From contig CAVSTS010000008.1 in assembly GCA_963730925.1 (NCBI GenBank), positions 121,457 to 185,456 of the forward strand: a DNA stretch of 64,000 bases, given 5' to 3'. Of the stretch, positions 29,643 to 39,120 are shown one piece after another. Made by a program: the position numbers and the translations under genes. The notes under the pieces were generated by a model. That model made no database searches, was not told the origin of the DNA, and saw only the letters and a list, made by a program, of their open reading frames with translations. Every line of letters starts with the position of its first letter. Within the stretch, counting starts at the first letter, position 1. This DNA comes from an uncultured Alphaproteobacteria bacterium. Lineage in GTDB: Bacteria; Pseudomonadota; Alphaproteobacteria; Sphingomonadales; Sphingomonadaceae.

Positions 29643-31241
29643 ATGACCTTGGCGACAATCGATATCGTAGTGATCGTCCTCTACGCGATCGGCATCTTCG
29701 GCCTCGCGCAATGGGTGAGCCGCGAACGCGCGGGGCACGTCAAGGATACGTCCGACTATTTCCTCGCCTCGAAGAACCTGCCGTGGTGGGCGATCGGATC
29801 GTCTTTGATCGCGGCCAACATCTCGGCGGAGCAGATCGTCGGCATGTCCGGTTCGGGCTATGCGATCGGCCTCGCCATCGCTTCCTACGAATGGATGGCC
29901 GCGTTGACATTGCTGATTGTCGGCAAGTTCTTCCTGCCCATCTTCCTTACCAACAAGATCTACACGATGCCGCAGTTCCTGGAGCAGCGGTACGGCAAGC
30001 TCCTGCCAGTGATCATGGCGATCTTCTGGCTTGCGCTTTATGTGTTCGTGAACCTCACCTCGATCATCTGGCTCGGCTCGATCGCGGTGAACAAGGTCGC
30101 CGGGATCAACCAGGACGCGGCGCTTGTCATCCTCGGGGTGTTCGCTTTGGCTTACCAGCTGTTCGGCGGGCTCAAGGCTATCGCTCGGACCGACATCGTG
30201 CAGGTGACGTTGCTGGTTTTCGGCGGCCTCGTGGTGACGTGGCTCACTCTCAACGAGGTGGGCGGAGGCCAGGGCGTCATTGCCGGGTTCGAGACTCTGA
30301 CGCACCGTCTCCCAGGCCACTTCGACATGATCCTCGACCCCAGCAATCCTTTCTTCAAGGACCTACCGGGGATCGCCGTGCTGGTCGGCGGAATGTGGAT
30401 CGCGAACCTCAGTTATTGGGGCTTCAACCAGTATATCATCCAGCGCGCCCTTGCAGCGAAGAGCATCGGCGAGGCGCAAAAAGGCGTGGTCTTCGCCGCC
30501 TATCTGAAATTGTTGATGCCGGTGATCATCGTCATTCCCGGAATTGCGGCGGTGATCCTGGCGCCCAATCTGGCGAAACCCGACGAAGCCTATCCGACGA
30601 TGATGCGGTTGCTTCCGCCGGGTCTCCTCGGGCTCGTTTTCGCGGCGCTGGTGGCCGCGATCATTGCGTCCACCGCCTCTAAGATCAATTCGATCGCGAC
30701 CATCTTCACGCTCGACCTTTACGCCAAATGGCGCGGCGAGCGCACGCGCGCTGAAGACGATCGCGCGGAGAGCGCCGCAGAAGAGAAACATCTGGTGCTG
30801 GTGGGCCGCGTCGTCGCGGGCATCGCCGTGATCATCGCGCTGTTCGCGGCTCGGCCGCTCATCGGCAAGTCCGACCAGGCCTTCCAGTTCATCCAGGAGT
30901 TCTCCGGGTTCTTCACTCCGGGAATTACCGTGATCTTCCTGCTCGGGCTGTTCTGGAAGCGGGCAACCGAAGCGGGGGCAATCGTGGCGGCGGTAGCCTC
31001 GGTCGTCCTGTCCTATGTCTTCAAGGTCGTGATGCCGGACTTCCCCTTCATGAACCGGATGGGGCTCGTCTTCCTCATTAGCCTTGGGCTTGCTGTGGCA
31101 ATCTCGCTCGCCTTCCGCGGACGCGGCGATGCCAATCGGGTGACGATGGAGGGAGTGACCTTCCGCACGCCGGCAGTGTTCAACATCGCGGGTGTTGGCG
31201 TGATTCTCATCCTGATCGCCCTCTACGCGACCTGGTGGTAA
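29643..31241 (+). CDS. Sodium:solute symporter (SSS family, SGLT-like sugar transporter)
   Basis: 532 aa, about 13-14 TM, with SSS blocks GSSLIAANISAEQIVGMSG and YWGFNQYIIQRALAAKS. Confidence 0.8.
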   Translation: MTLATIDIVVIVLYAIGIFGLAQWVSRERAGHVKDTSDYFLASKNLPWWAIGSSLIAANISAEQIVGMSGSGYAIGLAIASYEWMAALTLLIVGKFFLPIFLTNKIYTMPQFLEQRYGKLLPVIMAIFWLALYVFVNLTSIIWLGSIAVNKVAGINQDAALVILGVFALAYQLFGGLKAIARTDIVQVTLLVFGGLVVTWLTLNEVGGGQGVIAGFETLTHRLPGHFDMILDPSNPFFKDLPGIAVLVGGMWIANLSYWGFNQYIIQRALAAKSIGEAQKGVVFAAYLKLLMPVIIVIPGIAAVILAPNLAKPDEAYPTMMRLLPPGLLGLVFAALVAAIIASTASKINSIATIFTLDLYAKWRGERTRAEDDRAESAAEEKHLVLVGRVVAGIAVIIALFAARPLIGKSDQAFQFIQEFSGFFTPGITVIFLLGLFWKRATEAGAIVAAVASVVLSYVFKVVMPDFPFMNRMGLVFLISLGLAVAISLAFRGRGDANRVTMEGVTFRTPAVFNIAGVGVILILIALYATWW

Positions 31242-31336
31242 AGTTGTGCCGTCAGCGGCACCTTCCGCTTGCGCATACGTATAGCGGCGACGAACACGGA
31301 TTTACCATTGCTGCGCCGACCGGCTAACGCCACGAC

Positions 31337-32794
31337 GTGTCAGTCAAAGCATCGACCCTGCTGCTATTCGGAGCGACCGGCGACCTCGCGCGCCGGATGC
31401 TCCTGCCTTCACTCTACGGACTCGATTCGGATGGCTTGCTGCCGGACGATTTGAGAATCATCGGAACCGCGCGAACCGAGCTCGATGATATGGCCTTTCG
31501 GGATCGGGCGGAAAGCGCGCTGAAGGAGCATTTGCCCGCCGATTTCTTCGAACGGGGGACCGCGGATCGATTCCTCGCCAGGCTCCATTATGTTCCGCTC
31601 GATATCACCGATCCGAACGGCTTCGAGCGCCTCGCCGAGACGATCGGCGACCCATGCAATGGTGTCGCGATCTTCCTCTCGACGGCGCCGTCCTTGTTCA
31701 AACCCACGATCGATGGCCTCGAGGCGGCGGGCCTCGCCTGTCCGACTGTGCGTATGGCGCTCGAAAAGCCGCTCGGCACCAATCTCGATTCGAGCCGGGA
31801 GATCAACGACGCGGTCGGTGCGGCTTTCCCCGAAGACAGAATTTTTCGAATCGACCATTATCTGGGCAAGGAAACCGTCCAGAATCTCCTCGCGCTGAGG
31901 TTCGCAAACCTGCTCTTCGAGCCACTGTGGAACAGCGCGCACATCGATCATGTGCAGATCACCGTCGCGGAGAAGATCGGGCTCGAGGGGCGGGGCGATT
32001 ATTACGACAGCACCGGCGCGCTCCGCGACATGGTGCAGAACCACATGCTCCAGCTTCTGTCCTTGGTCGCGATGGAACCGCCGACCGATTTCGATGCGAC
32101 CGCGGTGCGCGACGAAAAGGTGAAGGTGCTCCGTGCGCTCCGGCCAATCACGACCGACGACGTCGAGGCCAATACGGTAACGGGCCAATACACTCGCGGC
32201 GCGATCGATGGAGAACCGGTGCCCGGCTATGTCGAGGAAGTCGGTCACGAGAGCACCACCGAGACCTTCGTCGCCATCAAGGCCTTCGTCGACAATTGGC
32301 GCTGGAAAGGCGTCCCCTTCTATCTGCGCACCGGCAAGCGCATGCCGCAGCGCGACACCGAAATCTTCATCCAGTTCAAGAATGTGCCCTACTCGATCTT
32401 CGCTTCGCGGGGAGCGACGACCAAACCGAACAAGCTGGTCATCGGCTTGCAGCCCGAAGAAACGATCAGCCTGTTCATGATGGCCAAGACTCCCGGCCTC
32501 GACCGGCAGGGCGTGCGACTGCGCGAAGTTCCGCTCGACATCGGTCTTTCCAATGCCTTCAGCGAATACCGTCGCCGCATTGCCTACGAACGGCTGCTGC
32601 TCGATCTGATCGAAGGCGACCCGACCCTCTTCGTCCGCCGCGATGAGGTCGAGGCGCAATGGACCTGGATCGACCGCATTCGGGCGGCCTGGGCGGAAAA
32701 GGGCATGACTCCGCGTCCCTATGCGGCGGGCACGTGGGGGCCGTCAGCGGCGATCGCTCTCACCGAGCGCGACGGAATCAGCTGGCACGAGTAA
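31337..32794 (+). CDS. zwf: Glucose-6-phosphate 1-dehydrogenase
   Basis: GATGDLARR dinucleotide motif and RIDHYLGKE active-site motif. Confidence 0.92.
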   Translation: MSVKASTLLLFGATGDLARRMLLPSLYGLDSDGLLPDDLRIIGTARTELDDMAFRDRAESALKEHLPADFFERGTADRFLARLHYVPLDITDPNGFERLAETIGDPCNGVAIFLSTAPSLFKPTIDGLEAAGLACPTVRMALEKPLGTNLDSSREINDAVGAAFPEDRIFRIDHYLGKETVQNLLALRFANLLFEPLWNSAHIDHVQITVAEKIGLEGRGDYYDSTGALRDMVQNHMLQLLSLVAMEPPTDFDATAVRDEKVKVLRALRPITTDDVEANTVTGQYTRGAIDGEPVPGYVEEVGHESTTETFVAIKAFVDNWRWKGVPFYLRTGKRMPQRDTEIFIQFKNVPYSIFASRGATTKPNKLVIGLQPEETISLFMMAKTPGLDRQGVRLREVPLDIGLSNAFSEYRRRIAYERLLLDLIEGDPTLFVRRDEVEAQWTWIDRIRAAWAEKGMTPRPYAAGTWGPSAAIALTERDGISWHE

Positions 32795-32804
32795 AGGAGC
32801 CGTC

Positions 32805-34619
32805 ATGGCGCTCAACTCCACCATCGCGACCGTCACGGAGCGGATTGTCGAGCGATCGAGACACACGCGCCGTCGTTATCTCGATCTCATGCGCGAACAG
32901 AAGGAGCGGGGAATCAGCCGCCCGCGCCTCAGTTGCGGCAATTTCGCGCACGGCTTCGCCGCAGCCGGCGAGGACAAGTCAGCGATCAGCCATCTCTCCG
33001 GACCGAACATCGGCATCGTCACCGCCTACAACGACATGCTCTCCGCTCATCAACCCTACGGCCGCTACCCGGAGCAGATGAAGATTTTCGCGCGCGAGGT
33101 TGGAGCGACGGCGCAGGTGGCGGGCGGAGTGCCAGCAATGTGCGACGGAGTGACTCAGGGACAGGCGGGAATGGACCTGTCGCTGTTCAGCCGCGACGTG
33201 ATCGCGATGGGGACGGCAATCGCGCTCAGCCACGGCATGTTCGACGCGGCGGCTCTGCTCGGAATTTGCGACAAGATTGTTCCGGGACTGCTCATCGGTG
33301 CTCTGCGCTTCGGCCACCTGCCCGTGCTTCTGGTCCCCGGCGGCCCCATGCCGTCAGGGCTGCCGAACAAGGAAAAGCAACGCATCCGCCAGCTCTATGC
33401 CGAGGGAAAGGTCGGTAAGGAGGAACTGCTGAAGGCGGAATCGCGCTCTTATCATGCTCCCGGCACCTGCACTTTCTATGGCACGGCCAATTCCAACCAG
33501 ATGATGATGGAGCTGATGGGGCTGCACATTCCCAATGCCGCGTTCATCAATCCGGGCACGGAGCTTCGACAGGCACTGACGCGCGCCGCTGTACACCGGC
33601 TTGCCGAGCTAGCGAAGGACGGCGAACGAACCCTGTCCGAAGTGATCGATGAGAAATCGATCGTGAATGCGGCGGTGGGTCTGGTCGCGACCGGTGGATC
33701 GACCAATCATTTCATCCACCTGCCGGCGATCGCGAGAGCGGCGGGGATCGTCATCGACTGGCAGGATTTCGCCGAACTTTCATCGGTGGTTCCGTTGCTC
33801 GCGCGAATCTATCCGAACGGCTCGAAGGATGTGAACGATTTCCAGGACGCGGGAGGCATTGCGTTTGTCACCTACACGCTCTCCAGCGAGGGGCTGATCC
33901 ACACCGATACAGTGACCGCCGGCGCGGATTCCATGGATGCGTGGATCGGCAATCCCGAGCTGCACGGGGATGAGCTTATCTGGAAGTCGGCGGAGGAAAG
34001 CGCCGATATCGACATGTTGCGGCCTGTCAGCGATCCGTTCCTGCCCGACGGAGGCATGCGCCTGGTCCAAGGCAATCTCGGCCGGGCCATTTTCAAGACC
34101 AGTGCGGTCGACAGCGAGCGCTGGCTAGTCGAGGCCCCGGCGCGGTGCTTTTCCGACCAGAACGAGGTTCTCGAGGCCTTCAAGGCCGGCGAACTCGACC
34201 GCGACATGGCGGTGATCGTGCGCTTTCAAGGACCGCGCGCCAACGGCATGCCGGAGTTGCACAAGCTGACGCCCACGCTTGGTGTGCTGCAGGATCGCGG
34301 CCATCGCGTGGCCCTCATCACGGACGGTCGAATGTCAGGCGCGAGCGGCAAAGTGCCGGCCGCGATCCACGTGTCGCCCGAAGCATTGCCGGACGGCCCG
34401 CTTGCCCGGGTGCGCGACGGCGATGTTATCCGCCTGGATGCGAACAATGGTCAGTTGGAAGCGGTCGGCGTGGATCTCGCCTCTCGTGCCCCGGCGAACT
34501 CCCCTCCGCCTCCGGTCGGTACCGGCCGCGAGCTGTTCGCGCTGATGCGGGTGCACGCTAGCGAGGCCGAAGACGGCGCATCGGCCATGCTTGCCGCCAT
34601 GGAAGCGGAGCAGGCGTGA
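32805..34619 (+). CDS. edd: Phosphogluconate dehydratase
   Basis: ATG preceded by AAGGAG. IlvD/Edd family blocks (CDGVTQG, CDKIVPG). Confidence 0.9.
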   Translation: MALNSTIATVTERIVERSRHTRRRYLDLMREQKERGISRPRLSCGNFAHGFAAAGEDKSAISHLSGPNIGIVTAYNDMLSAHQPYGRYPEQMKIFAREVGATAQVAGGVPAMCDGVTQGQAGMDLSLFSRDVIAMGTAIALSHGMFDAAALLGICDKIVPGLLIGALRFGHLPVLLVPGGPMPSGLPNKEKQRIRQLYAEGKVGKEELLKAESRSYHAPGTCTFYGTANSNQMMMELMGLHIPNAAFINPGTELRQALTRAAVHRLAELAKDGERTLSEVIDEKSIVNAAVGLVATGGSTNHFIHLPAIARAAGIVIDWQDFAELSSVVPLLARIYPNGSKDVNDFQDAGGIAFVTYTLSSEGLIHTDTVTAGADSMDAWIGNPELHGDELIWKSAEESADIDMLRPVSDPFLPDGGMRLVQGNLGRAIFKTSAVDSERWLVEAPARCFSDQNEVLEAFKAGELDRDMAVIVRFQGPRANGMPELHKLTPTLGVLQDRGHRVALITDGRMSGASGKVPAAIHVSPEALPDGPLARVRDGDVIRLDANNGQLEAVGVDLASRAPANSPPPPVGTGRELFALMRVHASEAEDGASAMLAAMEAEQA

Positions 34620-35584
34620 GGCAGATCGCGGTCGCGGACGTCGGCGGGACTCACGCGCGCTTTGCGCTGGCCGAGGTCGATAACGGGCGGATCGTGTCGC
34701 TCGGCGAGCCGATGACGCTGAAGACCGCAGAGCATGCGAGCTTCCAGCTCGCTTGGCAGGAATTCGGTCGGCGCGCGCAGATCGCGCTCCCCGAAGAGCT
34801 CGCCATCGCCTTTGCCGGTCCAGTCGGTGGGGAGGTGCTGAAACTCACCAACAATCCTTGGGTCATTCGACCCTACCTGATGAAGGAGCGGCTCGGGGTC
34901 GAGCGTTTCGCTATCGTCAACGACTTCGGCGCCGTGGCGCACGCAGTCGCCACACTTGACGGCGAGAACTTTCGCCGCGTCTGCGGCCCGGACCGGCCGC
35001 TTCCCGCCGAAGGAGTCATCAGCATCATCGGACCGGGCACCGGCCTCGGCGTCGCCGCGCTGCTCAGGAAAGGCGACCTTTACGAAGTGATCGAGACCGA
35101 AGGGGGGCACGTCGATTTCGCTCCGCTCGACTCCCTCGAGGACAAGATCCTGAAGCAGCTGCGACGCCATTTCCGCCGGGTCTCGGTCGAGCGTGTCGCA
35201 TCGGGGCAGGGGCTGTGGAACCTCTATGAGGCGCTCGGAGCGATCGAAAAGCGGGACCTCATTTTCCACGATGACAAGGAGCTTTGGCCGGCGGCGCTCG
35301 AGGGCACGGATGGCCTCGCCACCGCCGCGCTCGACCGGCTGTGCCTGACGCTTGGAGCGGTCGCCGGTGACATGGCGCTGGCACAAGGCGCAGCCGCGGT
35401 GGTGATCGCCGGTGGTGTCGGCCTCCGCCTTGCGGATTATCTGCCGCATTCGGGCTTCCGCGACCGGTTCCTCGCCAAGGGGCGGTTCGAGCGACGAATG
35501 GACGAGATGCCGGTAAAGCTCATCACCTATCCGCAGCCCGGTCTTTTCGGAGCGGCGGCGGCATTCGCCCGGGAGTATCCATGA
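34616..35584 (+). CDS. glk: Glucokinase
   Basis: [15 protein letters not shown]-binding start. GTG overlaps the edd stop. Confidence 0.88.
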   Translation: MRQIAVADVGGTHARFALAEVDNGRIVSLGEPMTLKTAEHASFQLAWQEFGRRAQIALPEELAIAFAGPVGGEVLKLTNNPWVIRPYLMKERLGVERFAIVNDFGAVAHAVATLDGENFRRVCGPDRPLPAEGVISIIGPGTGLGVAALLRKGDLYEVIETEGGHVDFAPLDSLEDKILKQLRRHFRRVSVERVASGQGLWNLYEALGAIEKRDLIFHDDKELWPAALEGTDGLATAALDRLCLTLGAVAGDMALAQGAAAVVIAGGVGLRLADYLPHSGFRDRFLAKGRFERRMDEMPVKLITYPQPGLFGAAAAFAREYP

Positions 35585-36186
35585 CCACCGACGACATCAT
35601 GCGAATCGCGCCGGTCATTCCGGTGCTCGTGCTTGAAGGCGAGGCGGATTGGGCGGCGCTGGGCGAGGCGTTCGTTGCCGCGGGACTCCCCGTGCTCGAA
35701 GTGACGTTACGCACTCCCGCCGCGCTCCATGCGATCCGACAAATGAGCCGAGTGCCGGGAGCGATAGTCGGGGCCGGCACCGTTCTCAACGAAGCCCAGC
35801 TCGCAAGCGCGATCGAAGCTGGCAGCCAATTCATTGTGTCGCCCGGTCTTACCGAACCGTTGGCGAGAGCAGTGTCGCGATCCGGCGTTGCCTATCTGCC
35901 CGGCGTTGCGACCGCCGGCGACATCATGCGTGGGCTAGACCTTGGCCTCGACCGCTTCAAATTCTTCCCGGCCGAAGCGGCCGGTGGGATTGCTGCACTG
36001 AAGGCGCTTTCGGCCCCCTTTGCGAATATCCGTTTCTGTCCGACGGGGGGAATCCGGGCCGGTACCGCAGCCGACTGGTTGGCGGTCGACTCCGTGCTCT
36101 GTGTCGGCGGGAGCTGGCTCTACCGAACCGACGACGATCTCGATGCAGTGGCCGAACGGGCGAGGGCAGCAGCGGCTCTTGTGTGA
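35581..36186 (+). CDS. eda: KDPG / KHG aldolase
   Basis: 201 aa with EVTLRTP and the Schiff-base lysine context FKFFPAEA. ATG overlaps the glk stop. Confidence 0.88.
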   Translation: MTTDDIMRIAPVIPVLVLEGEADWAALGEAFVAAGLPVLEVTLRTPAALHAIRQMSRVPGAIVGAGTVLNEAQLASAIEAGSQFIVSPGLTEPLARAVSRSGVAYLPGVATAGDIMRGLDLGLDRFKFFPAEAAGGIAALKALSAPFANIRFCPTGGIRAGTAADWLAVDSVLCVGGSWLYRTDDDLDAVAERARAAAALV

Positions 36187-36187
36187 C

Positions 36188-37726
36188 TCAGTTGACGATG
36201 AATTCGTAGCCGTCGCCCTCGTTGCGGCGGGCATTGATCCCTTTCGCGCGTAGCGCTTCGATGTGCGGCTCCAGGCGGCCGTTGAATTCCTGCTCGTCGC
36301 GCGGTCCGCGAGGCCGCCACGCGACCTCGGCAAAGGCGAGGAGACGAGGGAACGTCATGAATTCCAGGTAGCGATCGGAGCGGATGAATTCGGTCCACAC
36401 CGCAGCTTCTACTCCCAGGATCCGCGAAGCCTCGCCGGGGGTGAAAGCGTTCGGCACAGGCTCCCAGGCGAGGATCTTCGCGATGGAGGTTGGGCCGTTG
36501 TCGTTGCCTTCCCAGGGCGCGCCGGGCTCGCCGCGCGCCTGCGTATAATCGAAATAGACCTGATCGACCGGCGACATCACCAGCTCGTAGCCAGCCTTTC
36601 CGGCCGCATCGAGAACATCCGGCCGGCCCTTGCGCCACCACTGGATCACGACGTCCTTCGGAGCGCCCGCCTCGGCTTGCTCGTCCCAGGCCATCGGCCG
36701 CTTACCGAGACTTCTGATGATGTCGACGACCTTGCTCCCGAAATAAGCCTCGACATCTTTCGTGGTCTTGAGACCCTTTTCCGCCTTGAGGCGAATGACG
36801 TCGGGATTGTCCTTCCATGTCTCGTCGCCGACCTCGTCCCCGCCGAAGTGGATGTAAGGCGCGGGAAATATTCGCGCGACTTCCGTGAGGACGCCGCGAA
36901 TGAAATCGTAGGTTTCAGGTTTTCCCGGGTTGAACGTCCCGCTGGGGTCGAAGAATTCGGGATAGGCGCGCGCGCCCGATCCTGCATGGCCCGGCATCTC
37001 GATTTCGGGAACCACCATGATGTGCCGTTGCGCCGCGTACGCGACGATCTCACGCATGTCGTCAGCGGTGAAGAATTGCCGGACCTTGCTGTCGGCATGC
37101 GTGTTGTCGCCCTCCGCCCCGATCTCGGTCAGCTTCGGATAGCCGGGGATTTCCAAGCGCCAGCCAGGATAGTCGGTGAGGTGCAGCTTGAGCACGTTGA
37201 GCTTGTAGGCCGCCATCTCGTCGATGATGCGGAACATCATGGGCTTGCCGAAGAAGTGGCGGCTGACGTCGATCAGCAAGCCGCGCCAGCGGAAACGCGG
37301 CGAATCGGCGATCTGAACCGCGGGGATCGTGCGCGCTCCCTTCGAGTCTTTCGCGATCAGCTGGAGGAGCGTCTGAGCGCCATAGAAGAGCCCCTCCGGA
37401 TGCGACGCCTCGATCCGGACCTCGTTGCGAGTGACGGCAAGACGATAGGCTTCGCGACCAGGAACGATCGTTTCGGACACCAGCGCGAGACGGATGTGGG
37501 GTCTGCCACGCGCACTCCCCTTGAGGCGGAGCGCTTTTGACAGATAGGCCGCAGTCGCCGCCGCATCGCCCTGTCCCTCGACGGTCGTGTTTGCACGGAG
37601 GCGGAAATCGCCTTCGCCCCACGTCACCGACGAAGGGAGAGGAATGAGGGCAGGACGGGCCGCTCCGGCATAAGCGGGCAGGAAGGCGACGATTAGCAAC
37701 GCCACGCACAGCCGAATCATTCTCAT
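36188..37726 (-). CDS. Beta-N-acetylhexosaminidase (GH20), secreted
   Basis: Start chosen at MRMIRLCVALLIVAFLPAYAGA (signal peptide). Catalytic block HFGGDEV. Confidence 0.8.
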   Translation of the reverse strand: MRMIRLCVALLIVAFLPAYAGAARPALIPLPSSVTWGEGDFRLRANTTVEGQGDAAATAAYLSKALRLKGSARGRPHIRLALVSETIVPGREAYRLAVTRNEVRIEASHPEGLFYGAQTLLQLIAKDSKGARTIPAVQIADSPRFRWRGLLIDVSRHFFGKPMMFRIIDEMAAYKLNVLKLHLTDYPGWRLEIPGYPKLTEIGAEGDNTHADSKVRQFFTADDMREIVAYAAQRHIMVVPEIEMPGHAGSGARAYPEFFDPSGTFNPGKPETYDFIRGVLTEVARIFPAPYIHFGGDEVGDETWKDNPDVIRLKAEKGLKTTKDVEAYFGSKVVDIIRSLGKRPMAWDEQAEAGAPKDVVIQWWRKGRPDVLDAAGKAGYELVMSPVDQVYFDYTQARGEPGAPWEGNDNGPTSIAKILAWEPVPNAFTPGEASRILGVEAAVWTEFIRSDRYLEFMTFPRLLAFAEVAWRPRGPRDEQEFNGRLEPHIEALRAKGINARRNEGDGYEFIVN

Positions 37727-37832
37727 TGCGCTCCTGACCACGCTCCCGCGTGTGCACGTGCGTACGATCTCGTAGCTGGCGAACGTCTGCAATGGGTCTG
37801 CTGTTGTGATCGTGACTAACTCTAGTCCGTCA

Positions 37833-37910
37833 CCCCGGACTTGATCCGGGGTCCGCCTGCCTTTTGCAATCATAGGGTGAAGAACAAGCGGGTCCCGGCT
37901 CAGGGCCGGG
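37833..37910. repeat. Two GC-rich REP-like hairpins in the intergenic region
   Basis: CCCCGGA-CTTGA-TCCGGGG at 37833-37851 and CCCGGC-TCAGG-GCCGGG at 37894-37910. Both are common alphaproteobacterial intergenic palindromes. Confidence 0.55.
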
Positions 37911-37935
37911 ATGACAATGGGGGTAGCGCCTGCGG

Positions 37936-39015
37936 TTGCCGCGGCGCTCCAGGCTTGCCAATCATGCGCGCGTGAGCAGCCGAAATTGCACGATTGACGA
38001 CGTTGCCAAGGCGGCGGGCGTCGCGCGCGTGACCGTCTCCCGGGTCCTGAACAACGGCCAGAACGTTCGACCCGAGACCCGTGAGCGTGTGCGGCGGGCG
38101 GTCGAAGCGCTCGGCTATTCCGTCAATCCGCAGGCGCGCGCGCTCGCCAGTGGATCGAGCCGTCAGGTGATGCTGATCCATATCCACAACCCCGAACGCG
38201 AGCCCAACAGCTATTATCATGCGGGGCTTGAACTGGGCGCGCTCCGCGCCTGTTCGTCCCTCGGGTTCGATCTCGTCACCCGGGCGATCGATCCGGTGGG
38301 GGAGAATCCCGCCGACCTGTTGTCGTCGATCCTCGAACATGAGCGACCCGTAGGGATCGTGGTCTCGCCGCCGCTCTCGGATGACGTGCCACTCCTGACG
38401 TCGGTTCGGCGCGCCGGCGTGCGCATTGTCGCCATCTCGGCGGGCGAGCTCGGCCGAACCGCGGCGCCGGCCGTGGGAATCGACGATCGGAGCGCGGCCC
38501 GGGCGATTGGCGAACATCTGGTTTCGCTTGGACACCGCCGCCTGGGATTTTTGAAGGGCCCGCCGGAGCATCGCGCAGCGGCGCTGCGGTACGACGGCTT
38601 CGTCGACGCGTTGCGCAATGCCGGAGTCGATGACGAGCCCTGGACGGCGAACGGCGATTTCACCTTCAGGTCCGGAGTTGAAGCTGCCGAGCGCCTCCTT
38701 CGCGAGCAGCGATCGATCACGGCGCTCGCTTGCGCGAACGACGACATGGCGGCCGGAGCGATGCTCGCCTTCCACCGCGCCGGCCTTGAGATTCCGTCGG
38801 CGATTTCGGTTACGGGCTTCGATGACACGCCGATGTCGGAGATCGTCTGGCCGCCGCTGACGACGGTTCGGCAGCCCATCAAATTCTTCGCCGAGCGGGC
38901 GGTCCACCTCCTGTTCGAGCCCGGCGGCGACTTGGCCACTCCCTATGAAACGGTGCCCCACGAGCTGATTGTTCGCGAATCCACCGCCCCTCCGAACAGG
39001 TTCCGCGGAGCTTGA
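37936..39015 (+). CDS. LacI family transcriptional regulator (intact)
   Basis: HTH TIDDVAKAAGVARVTVSRVLNN followed by a periplasmic-binding-protein-like core. The exact start is uncertain. Confidence 0.8.
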   Translation: MPRRSRLANHARVSSRNCTIDDVAKAAGVARVTVSRVLNNGQNVRPETRERVRRAVEALGYSVNPQARALASGSSRQVMLIHIHNPEREPNSYYHAGLELGALRACSSLGFDLVTRAIDPVGENPADLLSSILEHERPVGIVVSPPLSDDVPLLTSVRRAGVRIVAISAGELGRTAAPAVGIDDRSAARAIGEHLVSLGHRRLGFLKGPPEHRAAALRYDGFVDALRNAGVDDEPWTANGDFTFRSGVEAAERLLREQRSITALACANDDMAAGAMLAFHRAGLEIPSAISVTGFDDTPMSEIVWPPLTTVRQPIKFFAERAVHLLFEPGGDLATPYETVPHELIVRESTAPPNRFRGA

Positions 39016-39039
39016 CAGACGTGCCCCTTTGCAGCACCA

Positions 39040-39057
39040 AATGGAAGCGCTTCCATT
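39040..39057. promoter_or_regulatory. Putative LacI-type operator upstream of the TonB-dependent receptor
   Basis: Perfect 18-bp palindrome AATGGAAGCGCTTCCATT, 63 bp upstream of the receptor TTG start. TTGACA at 39012-39017. Confidence 0.55.
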
Positions 39058-39120
39058 AGGGCATGGAGGCTCCGGCATGTTGCGCGTGAGCAAGGCAGGC
39101 CGAACAGGGGAGAGAGATCG

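Noticed and set aside
31409-32659. 416-aa ORF antisense to zwf, plus several 60-330 aa ORFs in other frames
   Set aside because: The same shadow-ORF phenomenon. zwf motifs ([16 protein letters not shown]) identify the true frame.
36263-37540. 425-aa ORF antisense to the GH20 gene
   Set aside because: No motifs, R/D/E/L-rich. The GH20 frame carries the HFGGDE catalytic block and a signal peptide.
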